A stretch of 52,846 bases of DNA from an uncultured Verrucomicrobiota bacterium. Lineage in GTDB: Bacteria > Verrucomicrobiota > Kiritimatiellia > CAIQIC01 > CAZMXS01. Both the position numbers and the translations under genes were made by a program. The DNA is taken from positions 1 to 52,846 of the forward strand of contig CAZMXS010000029.1 of assembly GCA_964570325.1 (NCBI GenBank), in the 5' to 3' direction. This document shows positions 9,544 through 19,459 of the stretch, in pieces (position 1 is the first letter of the stretch; the number at the start of each line of letters is the position of its first letter). A model generated the notes under the pieces. It was not told where the DNA came from. It saw only the letters and a list, made by a program, of their open reading frames with translations, and did no database searches.

Positions 9544-10344
9544 TCACCAGAAGGTGTAAGATGCCTTGGCAATGATGTTCATATCCTCGGCGCCGGTGTT
9601 GACCGCCCCGCCGTGGACTGAAAACACAAGCTGTTCGGTTGCCTTGTAGCTCGCGCCGCCCATGTAATAAACGGGGTTGTCGCCGCTATCGTCGGCATAT
9701 TCGTCCTTGGCTTCCTGGTTCGTCGCGCGCACTTCGCCCATGAGCGCAAACTCGGGGCTGATATCCCAGATAATCCCGCCGCCGAGCGAGGCCACATTAT
9801 CCTTGTAGTTTCGGTCCTTGGAACCGATCGTATAAGCCCCATCCACAATAAAGTGCAGAATGTTGCCCATGTAGAACAGATCTTCGACCTGCGTGCCGAC
9901 AGCCATGCCGAAGGTAGTGACTGTCTGGCCCGCGCCCAACCCCTTGTTCTCATTGCCGGAGGGAAAACTGATGTCGGCATACGGGATGATCCATGGGTAG
10001 CGGAAAATATCCTCGTAGGCCCGCAATTCGGCGCCAAAGCCAACATCGCCGAGGCCCCAGTGACTCTCGCCGACATTGGGCTGGTGCTGCCGGATCGGCA
10101 ACTCGGCGGTCAACGCCAGCTTGTCCAACGCGCCATAGCGCAGGTAGGGAACCTCATAATAGTCATCGTAAGCCTTGTATTCGCGGTACATGAAATAACC
10201 GCCGGTCTCCAACTGCCCCTTATCGGGCAACTTGTTTTCCTTGACCAGGAACGTGCGCATCGGCTCCGCGCCGACGGAAACCGCAACCAAGGCAGCCGCA
10301 AGCGCCGCCACACTACCCTTGAGAAAATCCGGCCTATGCATCAT
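9544..10344 (-). CDS. Outer-membrane beta-barrel protein (MetA/phenol-degradation-pathway-like porin family?)
   Basis: Signal peptide, alternating amphipathic beta-strand pattern, C-terminal 'SYTFW' aromatic terminus. Confidence 0.55.
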   Translation of the reverse strand: MMHRPDFLKGSVAALAAALVAVSVGAEPMRTFLVKENKLPDKGQLETGGYFMYREYKAYDDYYEVPYLRYGALDKLALTAELPIRQHQPNVGESHWGLGDVGFGAELRAYEDIFRYPWIIPYADISFPSGNENKGLGAGQTVTTFGMAVGTQVEDLFYMGNILHFIVDGAYTIGSKDRNYKDNVASLGGGIIWDISPEFALMGEVRATNQEAKDEYADDSGDNPVYYMGGASYKATEQLVFSVHGGAVNTGAEDMNIIAKASYTFW

Positions 10345-10487
10345 TGGTGGTTCTCCTTTTGCGTTTCCAAAGGCAATAATGCTTGAAATCTAAACATGAA
10401 ATGCGGCCAATGCCACAAAAAAACGCCGAATTGCTGATTCTCGTCCGTCGGCTGACATTCCCGGCCAACCGCCGCCACGGAATAATC

Positions 10488-10516
10488 TTGACGTAATTGT
10501 CGTATCCGATTGTACT
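10488..10516 (+). promoter_or_regulatory. Candidate sigma-70 promoter (TTGACG-N17-TGTACT) for the DUF2225 gene; near-leaderless transcript
   Basis: -35 TTGACG at 10488-10493, 17-nt spacer, -10-like TGTACT at 10511-16, ATG at 10526. Confidence 0.3.
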
Positions 10517-10525
10517 TATGCGCCT

Positions 10526-11497
10526 ATGAGCCCGATTGGACCGATCAAGCCGCAGCCGCCCAAACGCAATCCGGTAATCAAATTCTCTGCGAAATGCCCA
10601 ATTTGCGAGGCCACAAGCGAGCAGTACGGGCTCAACCCGCGGCTCTTCTGGCACAAGGATCTTGATATAGATCAGCAACCGCGCAATTACCAGTCGGTCG
10701 CCGGCTTGGAAATATATCATCCGCCGCTGTTCTATATGTGGTTCTGTCCCTTTTGCCGGTTCACAGCCGGTCATAAATATTATTCGGAGCCGATGAAAGG
10801 GATATTCATCGGCATGGACCTGGTCCGGGCCAAGGTCAAGGAAGCCGCTGCCGGCGACGCCCGTTTCAAGCAACTGGTCGCCCTGCTGGGCGACCAGATT
10901 GATACCCGCAATCCCGATTTTTTCATGGCCATCAAGCTGCATCTGCTGGCCATCGTATTCCTGGATGTGATCGAGAAAATGGTCAAACAGAACTTCGTCA
11001 ATCTCGGCCGCTATTACCTGCGCCTGGCCTGGCTTCATCGCGATCTTTCCCAGCGGCCCGACGACCGGGATAAAACCCAGCCTTTGTTGGCGGCCTTGGA
11101 TCTGAAACTGAAACCGCTCTGGCCGGATTACCCCGTCAACGAGCGCGAGGCGTTGCTCAAGGCTGTGGAACGTTACAACGCCACATTTGAAGCCTCGGCC
11201 GCCGTGCGCAGTCCGGTGGACGAGATCAAACTCATGCAGATCATTGCCCGACTCCATTACAAACTGACCGATTACCGCGAGGCGCAGGAAATGCTGATGA
11301 CCAGCGCCAGCCGGGCACTGGCGGCGAAACTGGAAATTGATCAGCGCCTGAAAGCCGGCAACCGGGACGGAACGCGTTTGAATGCCGAGGAGAGCGGCGA
11401 ACTGGTTACCCAAAGTCGGAAGCTGGAAAAATTGATCGAGGACGCCCAGGATTTGATCCAGAGTATCCGCGAAACCGCCAAGCAAAAATCCCCATGA
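10526..11497 (+). CDS. DUF2225-like protein (N-terminal CxxC...CxxC zinc ribbon plus helical/TPR-like C-terminus)
   Basis: 'CPICEATS' and 'CPFCRFTAG' Cys pairs, helical remainder. Confidence 0.5.
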   Translation: MSPIGPIKPQPPKRNPVIKFSAKCPICEATSEQYGLNPRLFWHKDLDIDQQPRNYQSVAGLEIYHPPLFYMWFCPFCRFTAGHKYYSEPMKGIFIGMDLVRAKVKEAAAGDARFKQLVALLGDQIDTRNPDFFMAIKLHLLAIVFLDVIEKMVKQNFVNLGRYYLRLAWLHRDLSQRPDDRDKTQPLLAALDLKLKPLWPDYPVNEREALLKAVERYNATFEASAAVRSPVDEIKLMQIIARLHYKLTDYREAQEMLMTSASRALAAKLEIDQRLKAGNRDGTRLNAEESGELVTQSRKLEKLIEDAQDLIQSIRETAKQKSP

Positions 11498-12351
11498 ACA
11501 TCGAAATGCTCGATAAGGCTCAGCAGTTCGTGAAGCAGCGCTGGCCGGAGGCCCGGCCGGATTGCGGGCTGGTGCTCGGCTCCGGTTGGAGCGAAGTGGC
11601 TGAGGCGTTCGCCATTCGCGACACCCTCGCCTATGACGACATTCCCGGCCTCGGCGCGCCCGGCGTCGCGGGGCATCATGGTCGGCTGGTCTGGTGTGAA
11701 ACCGCCGGGTTGGAAACCTTCGTCTTCCAAGGGCGCCGGCATTGGTATGAGGGCGAAGGTTGGACGCCCATCGCGCTGCCGCTCTACTTGTTGAAACAGG
11801 CCGGAGCCACCCGGGTCTGCCTGACCAATGCCGCCGGCGGCATCAACCACGCATTCAAGCCGGGCGACCTGATGATCATTGACGATCACATCAACCTGAT
11901 CGGCTCCAATCCGTTGATCGGACCCCGGCAGCCCGCCTGGGGGCCGCGTTTCCCGGACATGTCCCGCGTGTATGACTCCAGCCTGCGCGCCGCGCTTGAG
12001 CGCGCCGGCCGGGCCATCAACATCACGCTGCAACACGGCGTGTACCTGGCGGTTTCGGGACCATCCTACGAGACCCCGGCCGAAATCCGCGCCTTTCGCG
12101 CGCTCGGCGCGGACGCCGTGGGCATGTCCACCGTCTCTGAGGCCATCCTCGCCAACGCGGCCGGCCTGCGCGTGGTCGGGCTGTCCTGCATCACCAATCT
12201 GGCAGCCGGCGTAACGGACACTCCGCTCTCGCACGAGGAAGTCACCGCCACCACCCAGCTTTCCATGTCCGCCATGAAGGCCGTCATCATGCAGCTTTGG
12301 AAAGAAATGGCCCATGAGCCGGCCAGCGGCGCCCAACCGGGCCCGCGATGA
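11494..12351 (+). CDS. punA: Purine nucleoside phosphorylase (trimeric PNP/MTAP family)
   Basis: 'LVLGSGWSE', 'HHGRLVWCE', 'FQGRRHWYEGEG', 'GMSTVSEAILA' PNP family-I motifs; start overlaps upstream stop (ATGA). Confidence 0.85.
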   Translation: MNIEMLDKAQQFVKQRWPEARPDCGLVLGSGWSEVAEAFAIRDTLAYDDIPGLGAPGVAGHHGRLVWCETAGLETFVFQGRRHWYEGEGWTPIALPLYLLKQAGATRVCLTNAAGGINHAFKPGDLMIIDDHINLIGSNPLIGPRQPAWGPRFPDMSRVYDSSLRAALERAGRAINITLQHGVYLAVSGPSYETPAEIRAFRALGADAVGMSTVSEAILANAAGLRVVGLSCITNLAAGVTDTPLSHEEVTATTQLSMSAMKAVIMQLWKEMAHEPASGAQPGPR

Positions 12352-13172
12352 GCACGCCCAGCCCATTGTTCGTCTGCCCGCCGGACTATCACACGCACAC
12401 CGAGCTCTGCGGTCACGCGCAAGGCCGGCCGCTGGATTATCTTCAGGCCGCCATCCGTAAGGGAATCGGCGAAATTGCCTGCACGGACCACTGTCCCTCT
12501 TCCGTCGGTTACGATCCCGAGCACCGCATGGTCGTGGAACAACTCGCCCATTACCGCGAGTGGGTCGCCGCGGCACAGCATGCGCCGGAATGCCGGGTGT
12601 TGTATGGAATCGAGGCGGATTATTATCCCGGTTGCGCGGCGGATGTTCAACCGGTGCTCGCCAGCCAGCCCTTCGATGTGGTGCTCGGCTCCATCCACAT
12701 CGGCGAGTTCTGGGAATATGAAAAACACATCCGGCAAACCCAAGCGGATCCCGCCTATCTGACCGGCGTCTGGCGGGACTACATGCGCCTGCTCCGCGAC
12801 CTGGTCGCCAGCGGCATGTATGACGTCATCGCCCATCTGGACCTGCCCAAGCGCTCGGGCGTGCGTCCGCCCGAGACCCTGCTGCGCGAATGCGTCCTCC
12901 CGGTCCTGGATGCCATCGCGCACGCCGGAATGAGCATCGAGATCAACACCTCGGGATTGCACCATCCAGTCAAGGAAACCTACCCCTCGGAGCAAATCCT
13001 AGCCTGGTCCCGCGAACGCCAAATTCCGATCGTGTTCGGTTCCGACGCCCACCTGCCCGAGCGCGTCGGCTCGGATTTTGAAACCGCCGTGCAAATCGCG
13101 CGCGCCGCCGGCTACACCGAATACGCGCGTTACCAACTGCGCCAAATGACCCGGCATCCGCTGCCGACGTGA
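12348..13172 (+). CDS. PHP-domain histidinol-phosphatase family protein (HisJ-like)
   Basis: 'DYHTHTELCGHA', 'ACTDH', PHP-domain His/Asp metal ligands; ATGA overlap with punA. Confidence 0.8.
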   Translation: MSTPSPLFVCPPDYHTHTELCGHAQGRPLDYLQAAIRKGIGEIACTDHCPSSVGYDPEHRMVVEQLAHYREWVAAAQHAPECRVLYGIEADYYPGCAADVQPVLASQPFDVVLGSIHIGEFWEYEKHIRQTQADPAYLTGVWRDYMRLLRDLVASGMYDVIAHLDLPKRSGVRPPETLLRECVLPVLDAIAHAGMSIEINTSGLHHPVKETYPSEQILAWSRERQIPIVFGSDAHLPERVGSDFETAVQIARAAGYTEYARYQLRQMTRHPLPT

Positions 13173-13276
13173 ACGCGCGGCGGCACAACACCCGGCCGCC
13201 ATGGGCAGGGATGAACCGCCGGGCCGTCTGATCGGCGCAATCCGCCCGCGCATCCGCCAGCGTGAGCGAGCGGCGT

Positions 13277-14488
13277 TTACCGCAATGTCTGATTCAATTG
13301 CAGGATGGGCAGCAGAATGGAAAGGGAAATCAGCAGGACAAACAGGCCGACGCCGAGAATCAGCAACGGTTCAAGCAAGGTCAACGCGCGCGTAATCCAG
13401 CGGTCCCAGTAGTGCTGGCAGCGCGCGGCGGCGCTGTCGAGCAGTTCCTCCAACCGCCCGCTCGCCTCGCCGGCCTGGATCCAACCGGCCAGGGTCCCGG
13501 CCAGCGGATAGATGTCGCGCACCGCCTCCGCGAGACTGCGGCCCTGCCGGACCTCCTCCGCCGCCGCCACCGCCCGCGCCGCCACCCAGGCGCTGCCCGT
13601 CGCCCGGCCGGCCAGCGCAATCCCCTCCACCAGTTGCACGCCGCCGCGCAGCAGCAGGGACAAGGTACGCGCGAAGCGCAGCCCGACCAGCGCGGTATAG
13701 CTTTTTCCAATGATTGGAAAATCAAACCAGCGCCGGTTCCAACGCGCGCGCAGTTCGGGATCCTGGCGCAGGCGGTTGCGCAGCCACCAGCCGCCGGCCA
13801 CCGCGGCCAGCAGCAGCGGCGCCAGCAAGGGAAGGAGCCAGCGACCGGCGAACATCATCGCCCGGGTAAGCCACGGCAGCGGCAGGCGCGTCTCGGCCAG
13901 CATCCGTCCGATGGACGGCACCAGCACTCCCAGCATGACCAGCACCACCACCACGGCAACCGCCAACACGATGCACGGATAAAACAAGGCCGTGCGGACC
14001 CGGTCCGCAACGCGCAACTGGTCCTCCATGAACTGCGCCAACCGTTCAAGCACGGCGTCAAGATTCCCGGCACGCTCCCCGACCTCGATCGCCGCCTGCT
14101 CATACGGCGTAATCCGATCGCCGACGCGGGCCAGCGCGGACGCAAAGGAGGAGCCCTCGCGCAGCCGGTCGCGCACACCGGCCAGCGCCGGCCGGTGCGC
14201 GCCCATCTCCGGGGCATTGATCACGACATCCAGCGCCTGGGCCAACGGCAGGCCGGCCTTCAGCAAGGCGCCGGCCTCGCGATAAAACATCGCCCGCGCC
14301 TCCGCGTCGAAAGCGGTTCGCAAAAAGGGCCGGGCCGGCGTCGGCCGGGCGCCGGCGGGCGTCAGTTGTTCCGGCAGAATGCCCAGGGCGCACAGTTTTT
14401 CGCGCGCCTCTTTCGGGTCCAGCGCCTCGATCAGGCCGCGCGCCGCCCGGCCGGAATGCTCATATCCCCGGTATTCAAATGTCTTCAT
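13277..14488 (-). CDS. gspF: Type II secretion system inner-membrane platform protein GspF (PilC/GspF family)
   Basis: Two GspF-type repeats, three TM segments, N-terminus 'MKTFEYRGYEHSGRAARGLIEALDPKEAREKL'. Confidence 0.9.
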   Translation of the reverse strand: MKTFEYRGYEHSGRAARGLIEALDPKEAREKLCALGILPEQLTPAGARPTPARPFLRTAFDAEARAMFYREAGALLKAGLPLAQALDVVINAPEMGAHRPALAGVRDRLREGSSFASALARVGDRITPYEQAAIEVGERAGNLDAVLERLAQFMEDQLRVADRVRTALFYPCIVLAVAVVVVLVMLGVLVPSIGRMLAETRLPLPWLTRAMMFAGRWLLPLLAPLLLAAVAGGWWLRNRLRQDPELRARWNRRWFDFPIIGKSYTALVGLRFARTLSLLLRGGVQLVEGIALAGRATGSAWVAARAVAAAEEVRQGRSLAEAVRDIYPLAGTLAGWIQAGEASGRLEELLDSAAARCQHYWDRWITRALTLLEPLLILGVGLFVLLISLSILLPILQLNQTLR

Positions 14489-16172
14489 GCGCGCGGCCCA
14501 CGGCCCGCAGCACTTCAGCCAGGGAGGTCTCGCCCCGGCCGGCTTTTTCCAGACCGTCCACGATCATTTCCTGCATCCCCTCCCCGCGCGCCAACCGGCG
14601 CAGTTCCGTTGCCGGGCAACCTCTCCGCACCGCATCCTGGATGGCCGGGGAGGCGTTGATCAATTCGTAGATTCCGGTCCGGCCGCGATACCCGCCCAAG
14701 CATTGCGCGCAACCCGTCGCGCCCCACAACGGCCGGTCCTTCAACCGCGCGGCGAAAGCGCCCAGCGCCGCGCGTTCATCCGGCGTCGGCGCGGCCGGCC
14801 GGCGGCAGTGCGGACAGAGCCGCCGCACGAGGCGTTGGGCCAGGCAGGCCCGCAGGGCGGAGGCCAACAAGTAGGGCGCGACGCCCATGTCCACCAGGCG
14901 CATGACCGCGCCCGCTGCGTCGTTCGTATGTAACGTGCTAAACACCAGGTGGCCGGTCAGCGAAGCGCGCACCAGGATTTCGGCCGTCTCCAAATCGCGG
15001 GTCTCGCCGACCAGGATCACGTCCGGATCCTGGCGCAGGATATGCCGCAATCCCTGGGCGAAGGTCAGCCCGATCTTCGGCTTGACCTGCATTTGCCCGA
15101 TGTCCGGCAACTGGTATTCAATGGGGTCTTCGATCGTCAGGACGTTGCGGTGCGCCGTGTCGAGTTCGCGCAGTGCGGCATAAAGCGTGGTGGTCTTGCC
15201 GCTGCCGGTCGGACCGGTCACCAGCACAACGCCATGGGGTTCAGCCAGGATAGCGCGCAAGCGTTGCAGGAGCCCGTCCGGCAGGCCCAGTTCGCCCAGC
15301 GGCAGCAGAACGGATTCGCGGTTGAGCAGGCGCAGCACCACGCGTTCCCCCTCGGCCACCGGAATCGTTGAAACCCGGATGTCCAGTTCGCGCTCGCCCA
15401 GGCTCACGCGGGCGGCGCCATCCTGCGGCAGGCGTTTTTCCGCGATGTCCAAGTGCGCCATCACCTTCAGCCGCGAGATCAGCGCGGCCTCCATGCTTTT
15501 CGGGGGCGCCGTCTGACCATAGAGCCAGCCGTCAATCCGATAGCGAATCTGCAAATGATCCGCGTAGGGTTCGATGTGGATGTCCGAAGCGCGCGCCTTG
15601 ACGGCCTCCAGCAAGATCAGGTTGACCAACTGCGTCACCGGAGCCTGGTCGGAAACGCGCAGCAGGTCATCATCGCGCCGCGCGGGCGCCGTTGGCCGGG
15701 GCTGTTCCTCCGCCAGATCCTTCAGCAGGTCGCGGGCCGAGCCGGTCTTGCGGAAATAGCACTCCTCGATGGCCCGGCTGATCTCCTGCCGCGGCGCCAG
15801 CACGGGCGTCAACTCCTGCTCCAGCAGCAGTCCGAGGTCGGCCAGCGCCGTGACGTTGACGGGGTCGTTGGTCAGGGCGCAGATTCGGCCGGCCATGCGA
15901 ATCGGCAACAGCCCGTGGGCGCGGGCCCATTCGACCGGAAGCGCGGTCACCAGCGCGGGATCGAGCAACTCCGGCGCGACGGCGAGCAGCACTTCGCAGC
16001 CGAACTGCCGCCCGAGCGCGCTCAACAGGTCAGATTCGGAAATGAGGCCGTCCGCAACCAGTATTTCGCCGATCCGGCGGCGTGGCGCGGTCTGCCGCTG
16101 CCGGTCCAGGGCCGCCGCCACTTGGGCCGGCGTCACCCGGCCGGATTGGACCAGAATCTCGCCCAACAACAT
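14475..16172 (-). CDS. gspE: Type II secretion ATPase GspE
   Basis: N-terminal GspE_N domain, Walker A 'GPTGSGKTTT', Asp/His boxes, C-terminal tetracysteine CPHC...CAQC zinc motif specific to GspE; overlaps gspF by 14 nt. Confidence 0.9.
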   Translation of the reverse strand: MLLGEILVQSGRVTPAQVAAALDRQRQTAPRRRIGEILVADGLISESDLLSALGRQFGCEVLLAVAPELLDPALVTALPVEWARAHGLLPIRMAGRICALTNDPVNVTALADLGLLLEQELTPVLAPRQEISRAIEECYFRKTGSARDLLKDLAEEQPRPTAPARRDDDLLRVSDQAPVTQLVNLILLEAVKARASDIHIEPYADHLQIRYRIDGWLYGQTAPPKSMEAALISRLKVMAHLDIAEKRLPQDGAARVSLGERELDIRVSTIPVAEGERVVLRLLNRESVLLPLGELGLPDGLLQRLRAILAEPHGVVLVTGPTGSGKTTTLYAALRELDTAHRNVLTIEDPIEYQLPDIGQMQVKPKIGLTFAQGLRHILRQDPDVILVGETRDLETAEILVRASLTGHLVFSTLHTNDAAGAVMRLVDMGVAPYLLASALRACLAQRLVRRLCPHCRRPAAPTPDERAALGAFAARLKDRPLWGATGCAQCLGGYRGRTGIYELINASPAIQDAVRRGCPATELRRLARGEGMQEMIVDGLEKAGRGETSLAEVLRAVGRAHEDI

Positions 16173-16176
16173 GGGG

Positions 16177-18138
16177 TCACTTCCTTCGCAACGGGACCGG
16201 CTGCTCGACCTGCGCTTCGAAGTTGGTGGCCGGATTGACCAAATCCATTTGTTTCTCGAGGCGCTGCCGCATGGCCTGCGCCACCTTTGCGTCGGTCACG
16301 ATATGCGGAGTGACAAAGATCAACAGGTTGGTGCGCACTCGCTTGGTGGAACGGTTCTGGAACAGCCAGCCGATCAAAGGCAGGTCGCCAAGCAGCGGAA
16401 TCTTGGAGAGCGTTTTGACGGAATCCTCCCGAATCAGGCCGCTGATCGCCACCGTGGCGACATCCGGCACCGTGACCGTCGTGGAAACCTCGCGCTTGGC
16501 GATCGTCGGCGTATACTTGCCCGGTTCGCCCTCGTCAACGATCGCCTCAATGCTGGGATTCAACTCGATCTGGACCTGCCGGTCCGGGTTCACGTGCGGA
16601 GTCAGTTTGAGCTTGATGCCGACGTCCATGCGGTCAATGTTTTGGATGTAGTCGCGCGCCGTGCCGGAGCCGCCTTCAACCGTGGATTTAAGGATCGGGA
16701 TATTCTCCACGACGCTGACGCTGGCCTCGGTGTTGTTCTGCGCCCAGAGCGGGATGTTGGATAGGATCTTGACGTCTTTGTTCACCGCCAGGGCGTTGAT
16801 CAGGAACGGCACCAACGGGCGCTCAACGCCGTCCTTATCCTTGTACGTCCCGGTGGCAACGCCTAACGAGAGACCCTGTGGAAAAAGGCCCGTGGTCACC
16901 ATTTTCATCAGCTCGTCAGTTTCGCCAGGCCGGCTGCGGCCGATCACCGTGGTACTGTCCTCCGTCGGGATTTCCACCGCCGACCACTCCACGCCGAGAT
17001 CAAGATTTTTATTCAGGCCAACTTCCGCAATCAGCACTTCGACCAGCACCTGTTGCGGAATCTGGTCGAGCTGCTTGACCAGCTCCTGCACATATTGGAA
17101 ATCCCGTGGCGCGGCATCCACAATCAGGGCGTTGTTCTCAATGCTGGGCTCGATCGCGATGCGCGCGTTCTGGTCCTTGGGCGCGGTTTTGGCCAGCAGG
17201 GCGTTGAGGCTCTTGGCCGCGTCCTCCGCGGACAGGTAATTCAGGAAGATGGCGTTCAGCCGGCCATAACCAGAAGGCGGTTCGACATCCACCAGTCCAA
17301 TAATGCGCCGGATTTCGCCGATCTGAATCTGCGTGCCGACCACAACCAGGCTGTTGGCTTGTGGCGCCGGCACGATGACGACGTCGGCCGGCAGCGCGCC
17401 GCCACCCTCGACGGATTGCTGGATGTGGCGGCTGATCTGGCTGTTGGCGGAGAGCATGCCGCGCACCGCGGCGTTAAGCTGATCCGCGAGATCATCGGCG
17501 GAAGCATACTTGAGCTTCAGAATCTCCACCGCGCGCGACGCGCCGGGCCGGTCCAGTTCCGCGACAATTTGCTCGACCCGGGCAATGCTCTCAGCGGTGT
17601 CGGTGATAATCAAATGGTTGGTCGGCCCGAACGCGGAGAGCGCGCCCGTCTTGCCGCCGCGCACCATCGGCTCCAGCAGCTTGCGCAGTTCGACGGCGCT
17701 GATGTGCTCCAGCCGGATCACCTTGGTGATCAGGCCGCGCGCCGGGCGGGTCTCCTCCGCGCCAATGACCGGGACCACCTCGACCGCCTTCTCGGGCAGC
17801 GGCACCACCGTGGAGACGGCGCCCTTTTCGATCACCGTATAGCCGCTGGATTCGATGATCGAGAGGAACAAGGGAAAAACCTCGTCGGCGGGAATCTGCG
17901 CCGGGGTCACCACGGTCACCTTGCCTTTCACCCCCTCGTCAATCGTGAAGCGCCGTCCGGTCATTTCGCCGACCAGCTTGGCCAGAACCCGGATATCCAC
18001 CTGGTCAAAGTTAAAATTGACGTAGGCGCGGCCGCCGGGGGCGGCGCCCCCCGCCGGGGCGCCCGCCGGCGCGCGGGCCCCGCGCCCCGCGGCCAGCGCC
18101 AGCCACAGCCCGACCCAGGCCTGCCGACGGAAATTCAT
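16177..18138 (-). CDS. gspD: Type II secretion secretin GspD
   Basis: Signal peptide, N0/N1-N3 domains, C-terminal secretin domain ('GGL...SKIPLLGDLPLIGWLF'); start ATG overlaps the lpxA stop (ATGA). Confidence 0.85.
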   Translation of the reverse strand: MNFRRQAWVGLWLALAAGRGARAPAGAPAGGAAPGGRAYVNFNFDQVDIRVLAKLVGEMTGRRFTIDEGVKGKVTVVTPAQIPADEVFPLFLSIIESSGYTVIEKGAVSTVVPLPEKAVEVVPVIGAEETRPARGLITKVIRLEHISAVELRKLLEPMVRGGKTGALSAFGPTNHLIITDTAESIARVEQIVAELDRPGASRAVEILKLKYASADDLADQLNAAVRGMLSANSQISRHIQQSVEGGGALPADVVIVPAPQANSLVVVGTQIQIGEIRRIIGLVDVEPPSGYGRLNAIFLNYLSAEDAAKSLNALLAKTAPKDQNARIAIEPSIENNALIVDAAPRDFQYVQELVKQLDQIPQQVLVEVLIAEVGLNKNLDLGVEWSAVEIPTEDSTTVIGRSRPGETDELMKMVTTGLFPQGLSLGVATGTYKDKDGVERPLVPFLINALAVNKDVKILSNIPLWAQNNTEASVSVVENIPILKSTVEGGSGTARDYIQNIDRMDVGIKLKLTPHVNPDRQVQIELNPSIEAIVDEGEPGKYTPTIAKREVSTTVTVPDVATVAISGLIREDSVKTLSKIPLLGDLPLIGWLFQNRSTKRVRTNLLIFVTPHIVTDAKVAQAMRQRLEKQMDLVNPATNFEAQVEQPVPLRRK

Positions 18139-18914
18139 CAGCGTACAATCCCCCGTTCCGATGCGCGCACGAAGCCGATCAGATGCCGAATTTCCGCAAC
18201 CATATCCAGCTCGGTCTCCATCCGGGCCAGGGCCTGGCTCGTGGACAGCCCTTCGCGGTACAGGAGCTTAAAGGCCTTTTTAAGTTGCGCCTGGGAATCT
18301 TCGGGCACACTGTGGCGCTTCAACCCCACGCTGTTGAGGCCATGGATGCCGATCGGATTGCCGTCCGCCATCATGAACGGCGGCACGTCCTGCGTCGCCT
18401 TGGAGCAACCGCCCATGATGCTCAACCGGCCGATCCGCACGAACTGGTGGATGCCGCAGAGCCCGCCCACCACCGCATGATCCTCGATGATGACATGGCC
18501 GGCCAGCGTGCCGCAGTTGGCAATGATCACGCCGTTGCCGACTTGGCAATCGTGGGCGATGTGGGCGTAGGCCATGATATGGCAATCGGCGCCGACCACG
18601 GTCACATCGCCGTCGTTCGTGGCGGCGTTGACCGTCACATATTCGCGGATGGTCGTCCGGTCGCCGATCTCGACGCGCGGCCGGCCGCCCTTGTATTTGA
18701 GGTCCTGCGTCTGCATTCCGAGACTGGCAAAGGGAAACACCGTGCAATCCGCGCCGAGGGTGGTCCAGCCGTCCACACAGACGTGGGATTGCAGCCGCGC
18801 GCCGCGTCCAATCCGGACGTGCTCGCCAATCACGCAATAAGGGCCGATCTCCGCGCCGTCACCGATCTGCGCGCCGGGGGCGACAATCGCGGTGGGATGA
18901 ATCCGGGCCGACAT
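18138..18914 (-). CDS. lpxA: Acyl-ACP--UDP-N-acetylglucosamine O-acyltransferase
   Basis: Hexapeptide-repeat left-handed beta-helix, 'MSARIHPTAIV...GPYCVIG', LpxA C-terminal helical domain. Confidence 0.95.
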   Translation of the reverse strand: MSARIHPTAIVAPGAQIGDGAEIGPYCVIGEHVRIGRGARLQSHVCVDGWTTLGADCTVFPFASLGMQTQDLKYKGGRPRVEIGDRTTIREYVTVNAATNDGDVTVVGADCHIMAYAHIAHDCQVGNGVIIANCGTLAGHVIIEDHAVVGGLCGIHQFVRIGRLSIMGGCSKATQDVPPFMMADGNPIGIHGLNSVGLKRHSVPEDSQAQLKKAFKLLYREGLSTSQALARMETELDMVAEIRHLIGFVRASERGIVR

Positions 18915-18920
18915 GGGGGC

Positions 18921-19355
18921 TCAGTCCTCGCTCGCGCCGAACATCATGTCCGCCTCGCAGGCCAACTGGCCATCCACGAGGATCACGCCGTGCACCTTGG
19001 ACATGTTCAGCCGGGTTCGTAGCAGCGTGATTTCCATCCGCATGACATCGCCGGGGTGGATGGTCTTACGGAACTTGGCATTGTCCACGCTAAGATAATA
19101 GGCGATCCGTCCCTCCTTGCCGTGCATTTTGTTCAGCAGGATGCCGCCGGTCTGCGCCATGGCTTCGAGTTGCAGCACCCCCGGCATGATCGGCCGGCCC
19201 GGGAAGTGACCCTGGAAGAACGGCTCATTCATCGTCACGTTTTTGATCCCGACAATGCGCGTCTTGAAATCGCATTCGACAATCCGGTCCACCAGCAGCA
19301 TGGGATATCGGTGCGGCAGGATTTTCATTATCTCTTCACATTCGAATATAGCCAT
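18921..19355 (-). CDS. fabZ: 3-hydroxyacyl-ACP dehydratase
   Basis: 'ILPHRYPMLLVDRI', 'FFQGHFPGRPIMPGVL' hot-dog fold motifs; start taken at the internal ATG (MAIFECEE); 6-nt gap to lpxA. Confidence 0.93.
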   Translation of the reverse strand: MAIFECEEIMKILPHRYPMLLVDRIVECDFKTRIVGIKNVTMNEPFFQGHFPGRPIMPGVLQLEAMAQTGGILLNKMHGKEGRIAYYLSVDNAKFRKTIHPGDVMRMEITLLRTRLNMSKVHGVILVDGQLACEADMMFGASED

Positions 19356-19459
19356 CGGCGTTTCCCTTTCGTTAAAAACCGCGCCGGCCTCGGCAAAGAA
19401 CAGGCCGTAACAGCCGCAACATATAACAAACCCCGTGCGGGGCTGGAAACCGAAATTAC

